From NCBI GenBank assembly GCA_947041945.1, contig CAMREV010000005.1:3501-67500 (forward strand): 64,000 nucleotides of DNA, given 5' to 3'. This document shows positions 35,467-50,498 of this stretch, piece after piece. Every line of letters begins with the position of its first letter. Positions within the stretch are counted from its first letter, which is position 1. The notes under the pieces were generated by a model, which saw nothing but the letters and a program-made list of their open reading frames with translations, did not search any database and was not told where the DNA came from. The DNA comes from an uncultured Mycoplasmataceae bacterium (GTDB lineage: Bacteria > Bacillota_I > Bacilli_A > Mycoplasmatales > Mycoplasmoidaceae). Made by a program: the position numbers and the translations under genes.

Positions 35467-37319
35467 GATATTTTAAGTTTTATGTAATTTCTTAATTCAT
35501 TAATAATGTCAAAAGACTGGTCATATATTTCCGATATTGTGCAAATCTTTTTGTTTTCAATGTTTGAAATATTTTTCATAACTTCATTTTCATAATTCTT
35601 TTTAACATTTTCTATGACTGTTGAATTCTCAATAGTTTTTAAAACATCTTTGTATGAATAGTTATTATCTATTTCATAAAGCATGTTTAAAATATTTTTT
35701 ATTTTTTTATATTCCTTATGATGTTTTTCAAGGTTCATATAATTTAATTTTGTTTTAAATAGAAAAGTTGTTTTTGGATTTATAGCCATTAAAACTAATA
35801 ATGTTTTTTCCAAATTTATCATCTTATCTTCATTTATCTTTTCAAAAGCAATATAGTTATTTTCTGTTTTTTTCGTTTGAGTAAGTGTATGATAATTTTC
35901 TCTAGCATAATTATTTTTATTAAGAGGATTTGTTATTGCTTTTGGGATTTCAAGATATTGCTCTTTCTTTAAATTATCTATATGAATATTATTACTCTTA
36001 TTAGAGTCTATTTTTCCAATTTTGCTTTCTATTTTTGTCTTAATATCTCCAAAAACTAAACCCGTTTTATCTGCTAAAATTTTTGAATAATATGAGATTA
36101 AATTTAAGTCTCCATTTTCAGCAATAAAGTCTTCTAATTCATTTATTAAAGAAAGCTTTTCATTTATATTAACTTTGATTCCATTTGGAAAGTGTTTGTT
36201 GATTAAAAATTCAGAAACAGTAATATTGTTTACTTCTATTTCATGAAAATATCTTTTATTGCCTTGTATTAAAGAATCTATATCTTTATATTTTTCAAGA
36301 TAATTATCAAAAGTCATTAAAACCTTTTCCGTTGGTTTTAAAATTTTTGATATGTTCATTGTAGCTTTGAAACCAGGTTCATCATTATCTAATGCCAAAA
36401 CTAATGTTTTACAAGGCTCTTTACTTAAAATATTTAAATGGTTATTTGTAAAACTAGTACCCATTAGGCCAATTACATTTTTATAACCCATTTTATACAT
36501 TGAAATTACATCAAAAAATCCTTCTACTAAATAAATTTTTTCTAATTCATTATTTATTACATTATGCATGTTGTAGAATAAACTATCTTTTTTAAAAAAT
36601 TCATTTGATTTTGAATTCAAATATTTAACATTTTCATTTTCTGAAAGCGTTCTTCCAGAAAAACCAACAATGTTGTTAAACTCATCACTAATTGGAAAGA
36701 TAATTCTATTAAAAAAGAAATCTCTATATTCATTTTGTGGGTCTAAATAAACAAGACCGCTTTGCAATAAATCATTCTCTTTTCATGTTTGATTGCCATT
36801 TTTGTCTTTTCTAGTTAAATACTTGAAAAGACTATCTTTTGAAAAAGGAGCAAAACCAATATTAAAATATCTTATTTGATTATTATCTATTCCTCTTGAA
36901 TATAAGTAATCAAGTGCTTCTTTATTTTCTTCATTGTAAAGCATTCTATTAAAGAAAAAAGATGCTTCTTTATTTAGTTTTAAATAGTTTTCTTTTTTTT
37001 CATTTCTAACAATATTTAAATTACTAATATTTATATTTTTAAAATTAGATTTTTCTGCAACAAATTTTATTGCACTTAAATAATCAATTTTCTTTATTTG
37101 CTGAACAAAAGAAATAACGTCTCCACCTTTATTACATGAAAAACATTTATACATTCTTTTTTCTGGAGATACATATAGTGAAGGTTTAGTATCTTGATGA
37201 AAGGGGCAAAGTCCAAGATAGTTTGCACCTTTTTTTGTAAGATTTATATATTCACTAATTATGTTTACAATATCAGATGATCTTTTTAATTCATCAATTA
37301 CGTTTTTATCTATGTACAT
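35463..37319 (-). CDS. dnaG: DNA primase
   Basis: Pieces 36783..37319 and 35463..36767 share a frame joined by the TGA at 36783. It has a zinc ribbon CPFHQDTKPS..CFSC and a Toprim domain ..VEGFFDVIS.. Confidence 0.9.
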
Positions 37320-38697
37320 CTTTAATTCTTAATTCTTCTAAAAATTTATCTATTTTAATTGTTTCTTGGTTCATTGTGTCTCTATTTCTTATTGTTATAG
37401 TTTTTTTGTCATTTTCAATTGAATCAAAATCAAATGTAATACATTCATATGTTCCAATAGCATCTTGTCTTCTATATCTTTTACCAATTGAACCAGCTTC
37501 ATCATATGAACATGAATAACCATAAGAAACTATTTTCTCATAAAGTTCTTTTGCTTCATTTTTTAATTTGTTTGTTAGAGGTAAAACGCAGAATCTGTAA
37601 GGTGCAATTTTTTTATCTAATGATAAAAAAATTCTTGAATCGTCTTCTATTTCTTGAACTTCATATGCATCAATTAAAGCAGCATAAACTAATCTGTCTA
37701 ATCCCATTGAAGGTTCTATAACTGATGGAAAGTATTTTTTGTTATTTAATTCATCAAAATATTCAAGATCTTTCTTTGAATGTTCAGAATGATTTTTTAA
37801 ATCAAAATTTCCCCTGTTTGATATTCCGCATAATTCGCTTCATCCATGTGGAAAATCAAAAAATAAATCTACTGTCTTTTTTGAATAGTGTGCAATTTCA
37901 TCTTTGCTATATTCATTTTGTTTAATTTTATCTTTTGATATTCCTAATTCCTTGATTATGAAATTTTCCATATCCTGTAAAAGACTATCGAAATCTTTAT
38001 CTTCATTTTCCAAATTAGTAAAATATTCTAATTCCATTTGTTCAAATTCTCTTGATCTATAAATAAAATTAGAAGGAGTAATTTCATTTCTAAATGATTT
38101 TCCTATTTGAGCAACACCAAAAGGAATTTTCTTTCTCATTGTTCTTTGAATATTTTTAAAATTAACAAAAATACCTTGAGCTGTTTCCGGTCTTAAATAA
38201 ACAGTTGATTTTTTACCCTCAGTGGTTCCAATATAAGTTTCAAACATTAAATTAAAATTTCTGATTTCTGTTCAGTCGTTGTTGTTACAGTTTGGACAGT
38301 TTATTTTATTTTCAGCAATAATTTTTTTCATATCATCAAAAGTATTATTTTCATTTACTATTGAATCATTTAAAAAATCATTAATAAGTTTATCAACTCT
38401 AAATCTATTTTTACATTTTTTGCAATCAATTAATGGATCTGAAAAATTATCTAAATGACCAGATGCTTTTCAAACACTTGGATTGCAAATTATACTAGAA
38501 TCTAAAGGTACAATGTTAGTTCTTTTTGTCACAAAATATTCTCATCAAAGATCTCTTATATTTTTTTTAATTAATGAACCTAATGGACCAAAATCTCAAG
38601 AATTTGATAAACCACCATATATTTCAGAATTTTGAAAAAAATAACCAGTAGCTTTTAAATGGTTGACTATCTCATCTTGCGAATATTTTTTCTTCAT
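37306..38697 (-). CDS. glyQS: Glycyl-tRNA synthetase (class II, GlyQS type)
   Basis: Pieces 37840..38247 and 37306..37707 share a frame. ATG is at 38697. It has ..[11 protein letters not shown].. and ..[10 protein letters not shown].. motifs. It overlaps the dnaG start by 14 nt. Confidence 0.9.
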
Positions 38698-38790
38698 ATT
38701 TTTACCTTTTTTCATAATAATTATATTGAAATATATGAAAAAAACATAATCAAAAAATGATTATGTTTTTCTAAAATTAAAATAAAATAA

Positions 38791-39153
38791 TTATTTTATT
38801 TCGATTGTTGCACCAGAACCATCAAATTTCTTTTTAAGTTCTTCAGCTTCTTCAGGTTTAATACCTTCTTTTACTGGTTTAGGAGCTCCGTCAACTAATC
38901 CTTTAGCTTCCATTAATCCTAATCCTGTAATTTCTCTTACTATTTTAATAACAGCTACTTTGTTTGCACCAGCACTAGCTAAAATTAAACTTACTTCAGA
39001 TGGAGCTTCAGCTGAAACAGCTGCAGCTGCAGCTGCAGGAGCTGCTGCTGAAACACCAAATTCAGTTTCAATACTTTCTATTAATTCTTTAATTTCTAGT
39101 AAGCTCATTTCTTTTAATGCAGCTACTATATCTTCTTTTTTCATTTTACTCAT
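38791..39153 (-). CDS. rplL: 50S ribosomal protein L7/L12
   Basis: Complete ORF with an Ala-rich hinge and a conserved C-terminal domain ..[12 protein letters not shown].. Confidence 0.95.
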   Translation of the reverse strand: MSKMKKEDIVAALKEMSLLEIKELIESIETEFGVSAAAPAAAAAAVSAEAPSEVSLILASAGANKVAVIKIVREITGLGLMEAKGLVDGAPKPVKEGIKPEEAEELKKKFDGSGATIEIK

Positions 39154-39174
39154 TTTTAATCTCCTCTTTTATTT

Positions 39175-39657
39175 TTATTTTGTTTCTTCAATAGCTTTTA
39201 ATGCATATAGAAAACCTCTAATTGGTGAAGTTAAACAAGATAGTAACATCGAGTATAAACCTTCTCTATTAGGTAATTTAGATATTGAGATTGTTTTCTC
39301 AGCATCAATAAATTTGTTTTCAATTACACTACCTTTGAATTTAATACAATTATTTGTCTTAGACAAATTATGAATTATTTTTAAAGGAGCTATTTCATCT
39401 GAGTTACCAAAAGCAATTGCGTTTGGTCCTACTAATTCTCCAAACCCATCTATTCCAGCTTTTTTTAGTGATCTATTTAAAATGTTGTTTTTAATTACAT
39501 GTAAATTTGCATCACTTTTTAGCATTTCTTTTCTAACGGCTGTCATATCAGGAGCATCAATGCCTTGATATTCAAAAATTAAAAAAGAAGAAGATGTTTT
39601 CATTAAATCAGCAATTTTGCTAACTTCAGATTCTTTAAATTGAATTATTTTTTTCAA
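39175..39657 (-). CDS. rplJ: 50S ribosomal protein L10
   Basis: Complete ORF with a TTG start after an AAGGA SD, directly upstream of rplL. Confidence 0.9.
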   Translation of the reverse strand: MKKIIQFKESEVSKIADLMKTSSSFLIFEYQGIDAPDMTAVRKEMLKSDANLHVIKNNILNRSLKKAGIDGFGELVGPNAIAFGNSDEIAPLKIIHNLSKTNNCIKFKGSVIENKFIDAEKTISISKLPNREGLYSMLLSCLTSPIRGFLYALKAIEETK

Positions 39658-39868
39658 AACTTTTCCTTTCTTTTTTCTACAATATCCAAATAAAAACTAT
39701 CAATAATTAAAGTGATAGTTTTTATATTAAAAAAATATAAAACCTCGATAACATTTTTAAAAGTAAATTAATACTTCGTTATTGTCTTTGGCATATTGCA
39801 TTTATATTCTATCATAAAAATTTTTAATAATATCTATATTAGGCATTTATTGATATAATATTATATAT

Positions 39869-39942
39869 GGTACCTTAGCCAAGTGGTAAGGCAAAGAGCT
39901 GCAACCTCTTCATCATCAGTTCAAATCTGATAGGTACCTCCA
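39869..39942 (+). tRNA. tRNA-Cys (GCA)
   Basis: A cloverleaf was folded by hand. The acceptor is ggtacct/aggtacc, the anticodon loop is ctGCAac, the T-loop is ttcaaat, and the 3' CCA is encoded. Confidence 0.85.
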
Positions 39943-39947
39943 TATAT

Positions 39948-40024
39948 GCATCTTTAGCTCAATTGGATAGAGCATTTGTCTACGAAACAAAAGGTTATAG
40001 GTTCAAGTCCTGTAAGGTGCGCCA
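39948..40024 (+). tRNA. tRNA-Arg (ACG)
   Basis: Cloverleaf with acceptor gcatctt/aaggtgc, anticodon loop ctACGaa and encoded CCA. Confidence 0.85.
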
Positions 40025-40157
40025 TTTATAATAAACAATACTATTAATTATATATTATCGATTTTTTTATTTATATAATTTGATATAATAATTAAGTTAT
40101 AATAATGAATTAATTTCATATATAATTATTTTGTTTTTTTAAATACAAATAAACATT

Positions 40158-40234
40158 CGGGAAGTAGCTTAGCTTGGTAGAGCACTTGGTTTGGGACCAA
40201 GGGGTCGCAGGTTCAAATCCTGTCTTCCCGACCA
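40158..40234 (+). tRNA. tRNA-Pro (TGG)
   Basis: Cloverleaf with acceptor cgggaag/cttcccg, anticodon loop ttTGGga and encoded CCA. Confidence 0.9.
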
Positions 40235-40241
40235 TTTTTAT

Positions 40242-40318
40242 GGCAGGGTATCTCAGTTGGTTAGAGAACTCGGCTCATACCCGGGGTGTCGTGGGTTCAA
40301 GTCCCACTCCTGCTACCA
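40242..40318 (+). tRNA. tRNA-Met elongator (CAT)
   Basis: Cloverleaf with anticodon loop ctCATac. It occupies the Met position of the conserved Mollicute/Bacillus tRNA cluster order. Confidence 0.75.
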
Positions 40319-40324
40319 ATATTT

Positions 40325-40400
40325 GGAGCTATAGCTCAATGGTTAGAGCCCCCGACTCATAATCGGTAGGTTACAGGTTCGAGTCCTGTTAGCTCCACCA
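40325..40400 (+). tRNA. tRNA-Ile2 (CAT, presumably lysidine-modified) or second tRNA-Met
   Basis: Cloverleaf with acceptor ggagcta/tagctcc and anticodon loop ctCATaa. The Ile assignment rests only on cluster-order analogy. Confidence 0.6.
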
Positions 40401-40453
40401 ATTTAAAAAAAACAAAGAAAATTAATATTTATTGTTAATATTAATTTCAAAAT

Positions 40454-40546
40454 GGAGGATTACCCAAGTCCGGTTGAAGGGGTCAGTCTTGAAAACTGAA
40501 AGGCGGCGTGAGTCGCGCGGGGGTTCGAATCCCTCATCCTCCGCCA
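40454..40546 (+). tRNA. tRNA-Ser (TGA)
   Basis: Class II tRNA with a long variable arm, anticodon loop ctTGAaa, acceptor ggaggat/atcctcc and encoded CCA. Confidence 0.9.
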
Positions 40547-40553
40547 TTTATAT

Positions 40554-40629
40554 CGCGGGATAGAGCAGACGGTAGCTCATCAGGCTCATAATCTGAAGGT
40601 CGGTGGTTCGAGTCCACCTCCCGCAACCA
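40554..40629 (+). tRNA. Initiator tRNA-fMet (CAT)
   Basis: The 5' cgcggga and 3' tcccgca leave a C1:A72 mismatch typical of bacterial initiators. The anticodon loop is ctCATaa. Confidence 0.8.
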
Positions 40630-40633
40630 ATTT

Positions 40634-40709
40634 GGTCCTGTGGTGTAGTGATTAACATGCCTCTCTGTCACAGAGGAGATCGCGGGTTTGAGTCCCGTCA
40701 GGACCGCCA
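40634..40709 (+). tRNA. tRNA-Asp (GTC)
   Basis: Cloverleaf with acceptor ggtcctg/caggacc and anticodon loop ctGTCac. Confidence 0.9.
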
Positions 40710-40714
40710 TTATT

Positions 40715-40790
40715 GGCTTCTTAGCTCAGTCGGTAGAGCAACAGATTGAAAATCTGTGTGTCGACAGTTCGATTCTGTCAGAAGCCACCA
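40715..40790 (+). tRNA. tRNA-Phe (GAA)
   Basis: Cloverleaf with acceptor ggcttct/agaagcc and anticodon loop ttGAAaa. Confidence 0.9.
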
Positions 40791-40802
40791 TTAAAAAATT
40801 TA

Positions 40803-40838
40803 AATTCTGCTCATAAAAAAATGAGTAGAATTTATTTT
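40803..40838 (+). terminator. Rho-independent terminator after the tRNA cluster
   Basis: Hairpin attctgctcat / atgagtagaat with an A-rich loop, followed by tttatttt. Confidence 0.6.
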
Positions 40839-40860
40839 AAAAAATCGCAAAGGAAATAAT

Positions 40861-41847
40861 ATGATAAAAATAGCATTTGATATAATGGGATTTGAAAATG
40901 ATATTACCGAAGCAATAAATGCTGCTAGAAAGTTTGTTAAGAAATATTCAGATACACAAATTATTCTTGTTGGAAATCAAGAAGAAATTGAAAAAGTGAT
41001 TAATCAAAATGATAAATTTGAAGTTATTAATGCTTCAGAAGTTATTAGTCAAACAGACAATCCACTATTAGCAATAAGAAAAAAAGATTCATCAATGTTG
41101 AAAGCAATTAAGATGGTTAAGGACAACCTAGCTGATGCTGTTGTTTCACCTGGTTCAACACCTTGTTTTGTATCTATAAGTTATTCTAATTTTGGTATGA
41201 TTGAAAATATTTCTAAGCCTGCTTTTAATCCTACTTTCCCATCTGCAAATTTAAAAGGTTTTAATATGCTTGATGTTGGAGCAAATAAAATTTGTGATGA
41301 ATATGATTTAGTTAACTTTGCACTAATGGGACATGTTTATGCGAAATTAGTTAGACAAATAGAAAATCCTTCAATTAAATTACTAAACATTGGTACAGAA
41401 GATTATAAAGGATTAGACATTATTCAAAATGCTCACAAGATCTTAAAAGATGAGAAAAGAATTAACTATCAAGGATTTATTGAATCAGGAAAACTTCTTC
41501 TTGGAGAGACTGATGTAATTTGTACTGATGGTTTTACTGGAAACATTTGTTTGAAAGCAATGGAAGGTTCTTTAAAAATTTTATCTAATGAAATAAAAAG
41601 AAATTTATTAAAACCATATAATATTTTGGGAGCAATTTTTTCTTATAATGCATTTAGAAAAGTAAAGAATACTTTTGATTACAAAAACTATGCAGGAGCA
41701 TTAGTTTTAGGTTTAAATAAAATTGCAATCAAAGCACATGGTAGTGCAGATGAAAAAGAATTTATGAGTGCTTTAGAATTAGCAAGAAATTCTGCAAAAT
41801 ATAATATTGTTGAAGAAATTAAAAAATTTATAAATGAAAAAAAATAG
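40861..41847 (+). CDS. plsX: Phosphate acyltransferase PlsX
   Basis: Complete ORF with PlsX-type motifs ..DVGAN.. and ..TDGFTGNI.. Confidence 0.95.
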   Translation: MIKIAFDIMGFENDITEAINAARKFVKKYSDTQIILVGNQEEIEKVINQNDKFEVINASEVISQTDNPLLAIRKKDSSMLKAIKMVKDNLADAVVSPGSTPCFVSISYSNFGMIENISKPAFNPTFPSANLKGFNMLDVGANKICDEYDLVNFALMGHVYAKLVRQIENPSIKLLNIGTEDYKGLDIIQNAHKILKDEKRINYQGFIESGKLLLGETDVICTDGFTGNICLKAMEGSLKILSNEIKRNLLKPYNILGAIFSYNAFRKVKNTFDYKNYAGALVLGLNKIAIKAHGSADEKEFMSALELARNSAKYNIVEEIKKFINEKK

Positions 41848-42553
41848 AAAAGAAATAAAATTACTTTTAAGTTTACTTAAAATAGATTGCAATGTAAAAA
41901 TTGATACTTTCATTGAGGCTCTAACTCATAAGAGCTATAGAAATGAAAACATAAATGTTAAAAAAGATTACGATAGGCTAGAAATATTAGGAGATTCAAT
42001 TGTTCAAAAAATTGTAACCGAATATTTATTTGAAAACTATCCTGAAAAAAATGAAGCTGACATCACAGATGATAGAAAACTAATAGTTCAATCAGAAACA
42101 ATGAAAAGGGCAACTAATCAATTAGAACTTATTGATTATGCTTTTTTAGGAAATGGTGTTGATCATGAGAAGGGTACAGATAATATAAAATCTGATTTAT
42201 TCGAATCTTTAATTGGAGCAGTTTATCTTGAATGTGGAGAAGAGAAATGTAAGGAAATAGTTATAATGACTATCATTGATTATTTCTTAAAAGATGATTT
42301 GAATTCTTCTATTGATTTCAAATCTAAATTTCAAGAATTGATCCAATCAAAAGAATCTAATAAAAATAATAAAAGTAATTATATATTTTATAAATCAATA
42401 GAAGAAAGCAATAACTTTAAAGTAACACTGATTGTTAAAAATGTTGTGTATGGCGAAGGTAATGGAAAAACTAAAAAGAGTGCAGAACAAGAAGCAGCAA
42501 AAGATGCTTTGTCTAAATATATTAATTTGGATGAAAATAAAAAATACAACTAG
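41834..42553 (+). CDS. rnc: Ribonuclease III
   Basis: Complete ORF that overlaps the plsX end. It has the RNase III signature ..ERLEILGDS.. (here DRLEILGDS) and a C-terminal dsRBD ..GKTKKSAEQEAAKDAL.. Confidence 0.9.
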   Translation: MKKNRKEIKLLLSLLKIDCNVKIDTFIEALTHKSYRNENINVKKDYDRLEILGDSIVQKIVTEYLFENYPEKNEADITDDRKLIVQSETMKRATNQLELIDYAFLGNGVDHEKGTDNIKSDLFESLIGAVYLECGEEKCKEIVIMTIIDYFLKDDLNSSIDFKSKFQELIQSKESNKNNKSNYIFYKSIEESNNFKVTLIVKNVVYGEGNGKTKKSAEQEAAKDALSKYINLDENKKYN

Positions 42554-42580
42554 AATAATCTAGTTGTATTTTTTATTTTG
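42545..42580. terminator. Bidirectional hairpin terminator between convergent rnc and the rRNA operon
   Basis: Hairpin tacaactag-aataat-ctagttgta with T-runs on both strands. It includes the rnc stop codon. Confidence 0.6.
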
Positions 42581-42687
42581 AGTAGCATTTACCTATTCTC
42601 ACTTTTGGGCTACCTTCGGCTCCATAATGCTTAACTTCTGTGTTCGATATGGGAACAGGTGTTTCCATTACGATATTGACACTACAC
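42581..42687 (-). rRNA. rrf: 5S ribosomal RNA
   Basis: The reverse complement contains ..cctgttcccatatcgaacacagaagttaagc.. (conserved 5S loop B/helix III region). Length is ~107 nt and the ends are approximate. Confidence 0.8.
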
Positions 42688-42694
42688 AAAAAAG

Positions 42695-42718
42695 ATAGTT
42701 CTCTGAAAACTGAATATT
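42695..42718 (-). promoter_or_regulatory. 3' half of the 23S rRNA processing stem
   Basis: atagttctctgaaaactgaatatt is the reverse complement (23/24) of 45776..45799. Confidence 0.7.
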
Positions 42719-42747
42719 ATTTTACAATCAATCTAACTTATAAATTT

Positions 42748-45633
<2,886 letters not shown>

Positions 45634-45775
45634 ATGATATCTTCAATTAATATTTGTTAAATTTTTTAACATTTGTTTTTTGTTAGAGTGTTTTTTGCTA
45701 TAAAAATATTCTTGATTTTACAATCAAAAATTCCTTATAGTCTTTATTTTTAAATTAGACTAAAAAGATTGTTAA

Positions 45776-45799
45776 TAATATTCAGTTTTCAAAGAACTA
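45776..45799 (-). promoter_or_regulatory. 5' half of the 23S processing stem / boxA-like element in the ITS
   Basis: The transcript reads ..atagttctttgaaaactgaatatt.., matching the Gram-positive boxA-like TGTTCTTTGAAAACT motif. It is complementary to 42695..42718. Confidence 0.7.
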
Positions 45800-45819
45800 T
45801 CTTGAGAGAAAATACTCTC

Positions 45820-45837
45820 AAAACTAAATAGAATCTG
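45820..45837 (-). promoter_or_regulatory. 3' half of the 16S rRNA processing stem
   Basis: aaaactaaatagaatctg is the exact reverse complement of 47450..47467. Confidence 0.7.
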
Positions 45838-45930
45838 ACCATAAAATTTCTTATACTTATACAAGCAATATTTTATGGATTTTAATAATGTACACTAATT
45901 AAAGTGTTAATTTTGTAAATTAACTCCATT

Positions 45931-47445
<1,515 letters not shown>

Positions 47446-47449
47446 TTGA

Positions 47450-47479
47450 CAGATTCTATTTAGTTTTCAAAGAACTTTC
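47450..47479 (-). promoter_or_regulatory. 5' half of the 16S processing stem plus a boxA-like element in the rRNA leader
   Basis: The transcript reads gaaagttctttgaaaactaaatagaatctg. The last 18 nt pair with 45820..45837. Confidence 0.7.
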
Positions 47480-47531
47480 TATGCTATTTTTTACAAAATA
47501 ACATAACAAAATTGCTCTCATATTTATGATA

Positions 47532-47560
47532 ATTTTACATTTTCAAAAATACAAAAGCAA
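47532..47560 (-). promoter_or_regulatory. Candidate rRNA operon promoter
   Basis: On the minus strand: TTGCTT (47560..47555), a 17-nt spacer, then TAAAAT (47537..47532). This is only one of several AT-rich possibilities. Confidence 0.3.
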
Positions 47561-47625
47561 AATAATTATATAGTATATGTCCAATATTTCAAATTTTTTA
47601 AAAAATTTCTTATATATACAATTAA

Positions 47626-48915
47626 TTATATTATTTCGGCCACAACGCCATCAAGAGTTACTTTCTTAATTTTAACTCTTTTTAATTGACCAGTTAAATC
47701 TTCTTTTGTTTTAACTAATACCTTAATATACTCAGAAGAGAAACCTTCTTGAAAGGAAGTTGAACAAGATTTTTCAAAAACAACATTAGTTTCTTTGCCT
47801 ATAAAAGATTTGACTATTTCTTTTCTAATATCATTTTTAAATTGAGTTATTTCCTTTATTCTTCTTTTTTGTGTATTTGAATTTAGGCATTTTAACCTTG
47901 ATGCAGCTGTCATTTTTCTTTTTGAATATGGAAAAATATGCATATCTAAAAATCTAATTTTTTTTAATCACTCAATTGAGTCTAAATGATCTTCTTCAGT
48001 TTCAGTAGGGAAGCCAACAATGTAGTCTGTAGTAAAAGTTGAGTTTGGAGATTTTTCTCTAATTTTACAAACAAGTTCATAAAATTTCTCACTACTATAT
48101 TTTCTATTCATTTCTTTTAAAACTTTATTTGAACCTGACTGTAAACATATGTGTCATTGTTGACAAAATCTTTCTGGATTACTTGTAACTATATTAACTA
48201 TTTCATCAGTGATTTGAAATGGTTCAACTGATGAAATTCTTATTCTAAAATTACCTTCAATTTTATTTATTTCATTAAGCAGATTTTCAAAATTATGTTT
48301 TCCATCATCATAGCCAGCAGTGTTAACTCCAGTAATAACAATTTCCCTATAATTTTTCTTAAGTTCTTTTATTTCCTTTATTAAAATATTTAAATCTTTA
48401 GATCTTTGTTTGCCTCTTGAAAAAGGAATAATACAATATGAACACATAAAATTACATCCATCTTGTATTTTAATAAATGCTCTTGTTTGATTTGTGAAAT
48501 TTATATCTTCATTTTTTTCAAATTTATTATTCAAGAATAGATTTTCAATTTTATTAATTCTCTCTCTTTTCTTTTCAAATTCTGTAATTAGTTCATAAAC
48601 ATCATTCTTATATTTATTTCCAATTAAAATATCAATGTTGTACTTTTCTCCAATATCACTATTCATTTGTGTGTAACAACCTGAAGCGATCACAATTGAA
48701 TTGGGGTTGTACTTTCTAGCTCTTTTTATTATATTAATTGATTTCTTATCTGCCTTTTCTGTAACAGTGCAAGTATTAATAATATAAATATCAGAAAAAC
48801 TATCAAATGGTTTCTCTATGTAACCATTAATTAATAATTGATTTCGCATTGAATTGGATTCAAAGATATTAACTTTGCAACCTAGTGTATAAATAGCAAA
48901 TGTATTACTTTGCAT
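47626..48915 (-). CDS. mtaB: Radical-SAM methylthiotransferase, MtaB/MiaB family
   Basis: Pieces 48154..48915 and 47626..47943 share a frame joined by the TGA at 48154. It has an N-terminal UPF0004 Cys triad (..LGCKVN..NTCTVT..SGC..), a radical [11 protein letters not shown] motif and a C-terminal TRAM-like domain. Confidence 0.8.
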
Positions 48916-49435
48916 TTTCTATTTTCTCACTATTAGATTTTGGTTCTTCAACTTTTTCATCTTTTTTTGTATTTTCACCATTTTTTCTTTTTTCAGTGTC
49001 AACATTTACTTTGAAAATAAAGTATTGATGAAATCCAACACCAATTAAAGAAATTGCCAAAACAATACAAATAAGAATTATTGCAAGTGAAGAATTAGTA
49101 CCTCATTTTTGATACATAGAAAAAAAAGTGATAAATGAAAGAGAAAAAATCATATTAGTTAAGTTGATATAGATTGAAATTCAATCATAAAATATTCAGT
49201 TCTTAGACATGTGCATTCTTATCAAAGAATATTCTCTTGTTAAAAGAATCATATAGATAGTTGAAGTAATAGCAGATATAGATGAAAAAACAATAATAGG
49301 TAGTATTTGACCTAAAATATTATTTGATTTATTTGCAACAAAAATTATCGATATCATTACACCTAATACTATAGAAAGAGATGAAGCCTTATATAATACA
49401 TCTAATAATACTTTTGTAATGTTATTATTTTTCAT
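48905..49435 (-). CDS. Hypothetical integral membrane protein (176 aa)
   Basis: ORF 49196..49435 extends through TGA codons to TAA 48905. It has about 4 hydrophobic helices and a charged C-terminal tail, and overlaps the mtaB start by 11 nt. Confidence 0.55.
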
Positions 49436-50126
49436 TTTTATTTCCTATATTAAAAGTCAAAATTGAAGCTAAGTAAATAGCAGCAGTTTCGCTTTTCAAA
49501 ATTGTGTTTGTCAATTTTAAAAATGAACAGTTTTTCCTTAGAATTTCTAATTCTCTTTCAGAAAATCCACCTTCTGGCCCGACAATTAAATTAATTTTAT
49601 CATTATATTTTATATCATCAAATAAATTTTTCTCACTTGCATCTTGATATGCAAGTATATTAAATTTGTTATTTTCTATTTCTTTAATTAACTCATTAAA
49701 ATTAATTGAATTGTTTATTTTTAAATCAATATGTCTATAACATTGTTTTGATGATTCAGAAATTATTTTATTTAATCTTTCAAAATTAAGTTTGATGTTT
49801 TTTTGGCTTCTCTCAAAAAAAACTGGTGTGATTGATTTACAATTTATTTCATTTAATTTTCTTAAAGCTAGTTCAAAATTACTTTTATCTATTACACCCA
49901 AAAAAATATTAATATTTAAAACATCATTACTTAGAACGTGCTTGCTTACTATTTCTAATTTTAATTTATCTGTTGATTTAATAATTGTCTCATATTCATT
50001 TAAATCATCAAAACAAGAAAGTTTATCACCTATTTTTTTTCTCAATGATTTTTTAATGTGCAATTCATCTTCTTCAGATAAGAATATTTCATTATTTAAA
50101 ATTTTTGAAATTTTAAACTTCGGCAT
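49425..50126 (-). CDS. rsmE: 16S rRNA (uracil1498-N3)-methyltransferase RsmE
   Basis: Complete ORF with the ..LIVGPEGGFSEREL.. motif. Confidence 0.85.
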   Translation of the reverse strand: MPKFKISKILNNEIFLSEEDELHIKKSLRKKIGDKLSCFDDLNEYETIIKSTDKLKLEIVSKHVLSNDVLNINIFLGVIDKSNFELALRKLNEINCKSITPVFFERSQKNIKLNFERLNKIISESSKQCYRHIDLKINNSINFNELIKEIENNKFNILAYQDASEKNLFDDIKYNDKINLIVGPEGGFSERELEILRKNCSFLKLTNTILKSETAAIYLASILTFNIGNKNEK

Positions 50127-50496
50127 TTAACATCCTATCTAAAATAAAATTAATAAATTTATATGACTTTTCATCACTATAATTTTTTGATGTAACAACT
50201 GCTTGATCAATTATGATTTTTCTGTCTATTTTAGTAACTTCATATTCTGAATAAGCAGAAATGATTATTGATAAATCAATTTCAGAAACTCTATCTCAAT
50301 TTCAATTATCATTTAAGTTTGATACTATAATTTTTTTAATTTCTGAAAAATTGTTAATAGCATATTCAACTACATTATATATATCTTGATCATTTTTTAT
50401 TTCATCAGGAATATTATTAAAATCAAAATCATTTTTCATTAGGCAAGAATAAATATATTGGAATACAATTATTCTTTTTTCTCATTGTTTAAGCAT
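50113..50496 (-). CDS. nusB: Transcription antitermination factor NusB
   Basis: Not in the ORF track because of TGA splits. Hand translation gives 127 aa from ATG 50496 to TAA 50113, with ..NWDRVSEIDLSII..IIIDQAVVTSKNYSDEKSYKFINFILD.. matching NusB. Confidence 0.75.
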
Positions 50497-50498
50497 AA

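Noticed and set aside
38960-39373. A 137-aa plus-strand ORF, and many similar plus-strand ORFs (for example 3012..3209, 4684..4992, 5143..5427, 12866..13309, 14328..14699, 15438..15743, 54597..54965, 62820..63161).
   Set aside because: They lie antisense to well-supported minus-strand genes and have low-complexity F/L/S/I-rich composition typical of the reverse frame of AT-rich coding DNA. They lack SD sequences.
39658-39868. A possible ribosomal protein L10 leader RNA upstream of rplJ.
   Set aside because: I could only find a weak 7-bp stem that depends on a G-U pair on the wrong strand, which is not enough to call. A covariance-model search would be needed.
40174-40362. A 62-aa plus-strand ORF.
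   Set aside because: It runs across tRNA-Pro, tRNA-Met and the next CAU tRNA, so it is an artefact.
45634-45930. A possible tRNA-Ile or tRNA-Ala in the 16S-23S spacer.
   Set aside because: There is no acceptor or T-arm-like GTTCGAATC-type sequence. The spacer is AT-rich apart from the processing-stem elements.
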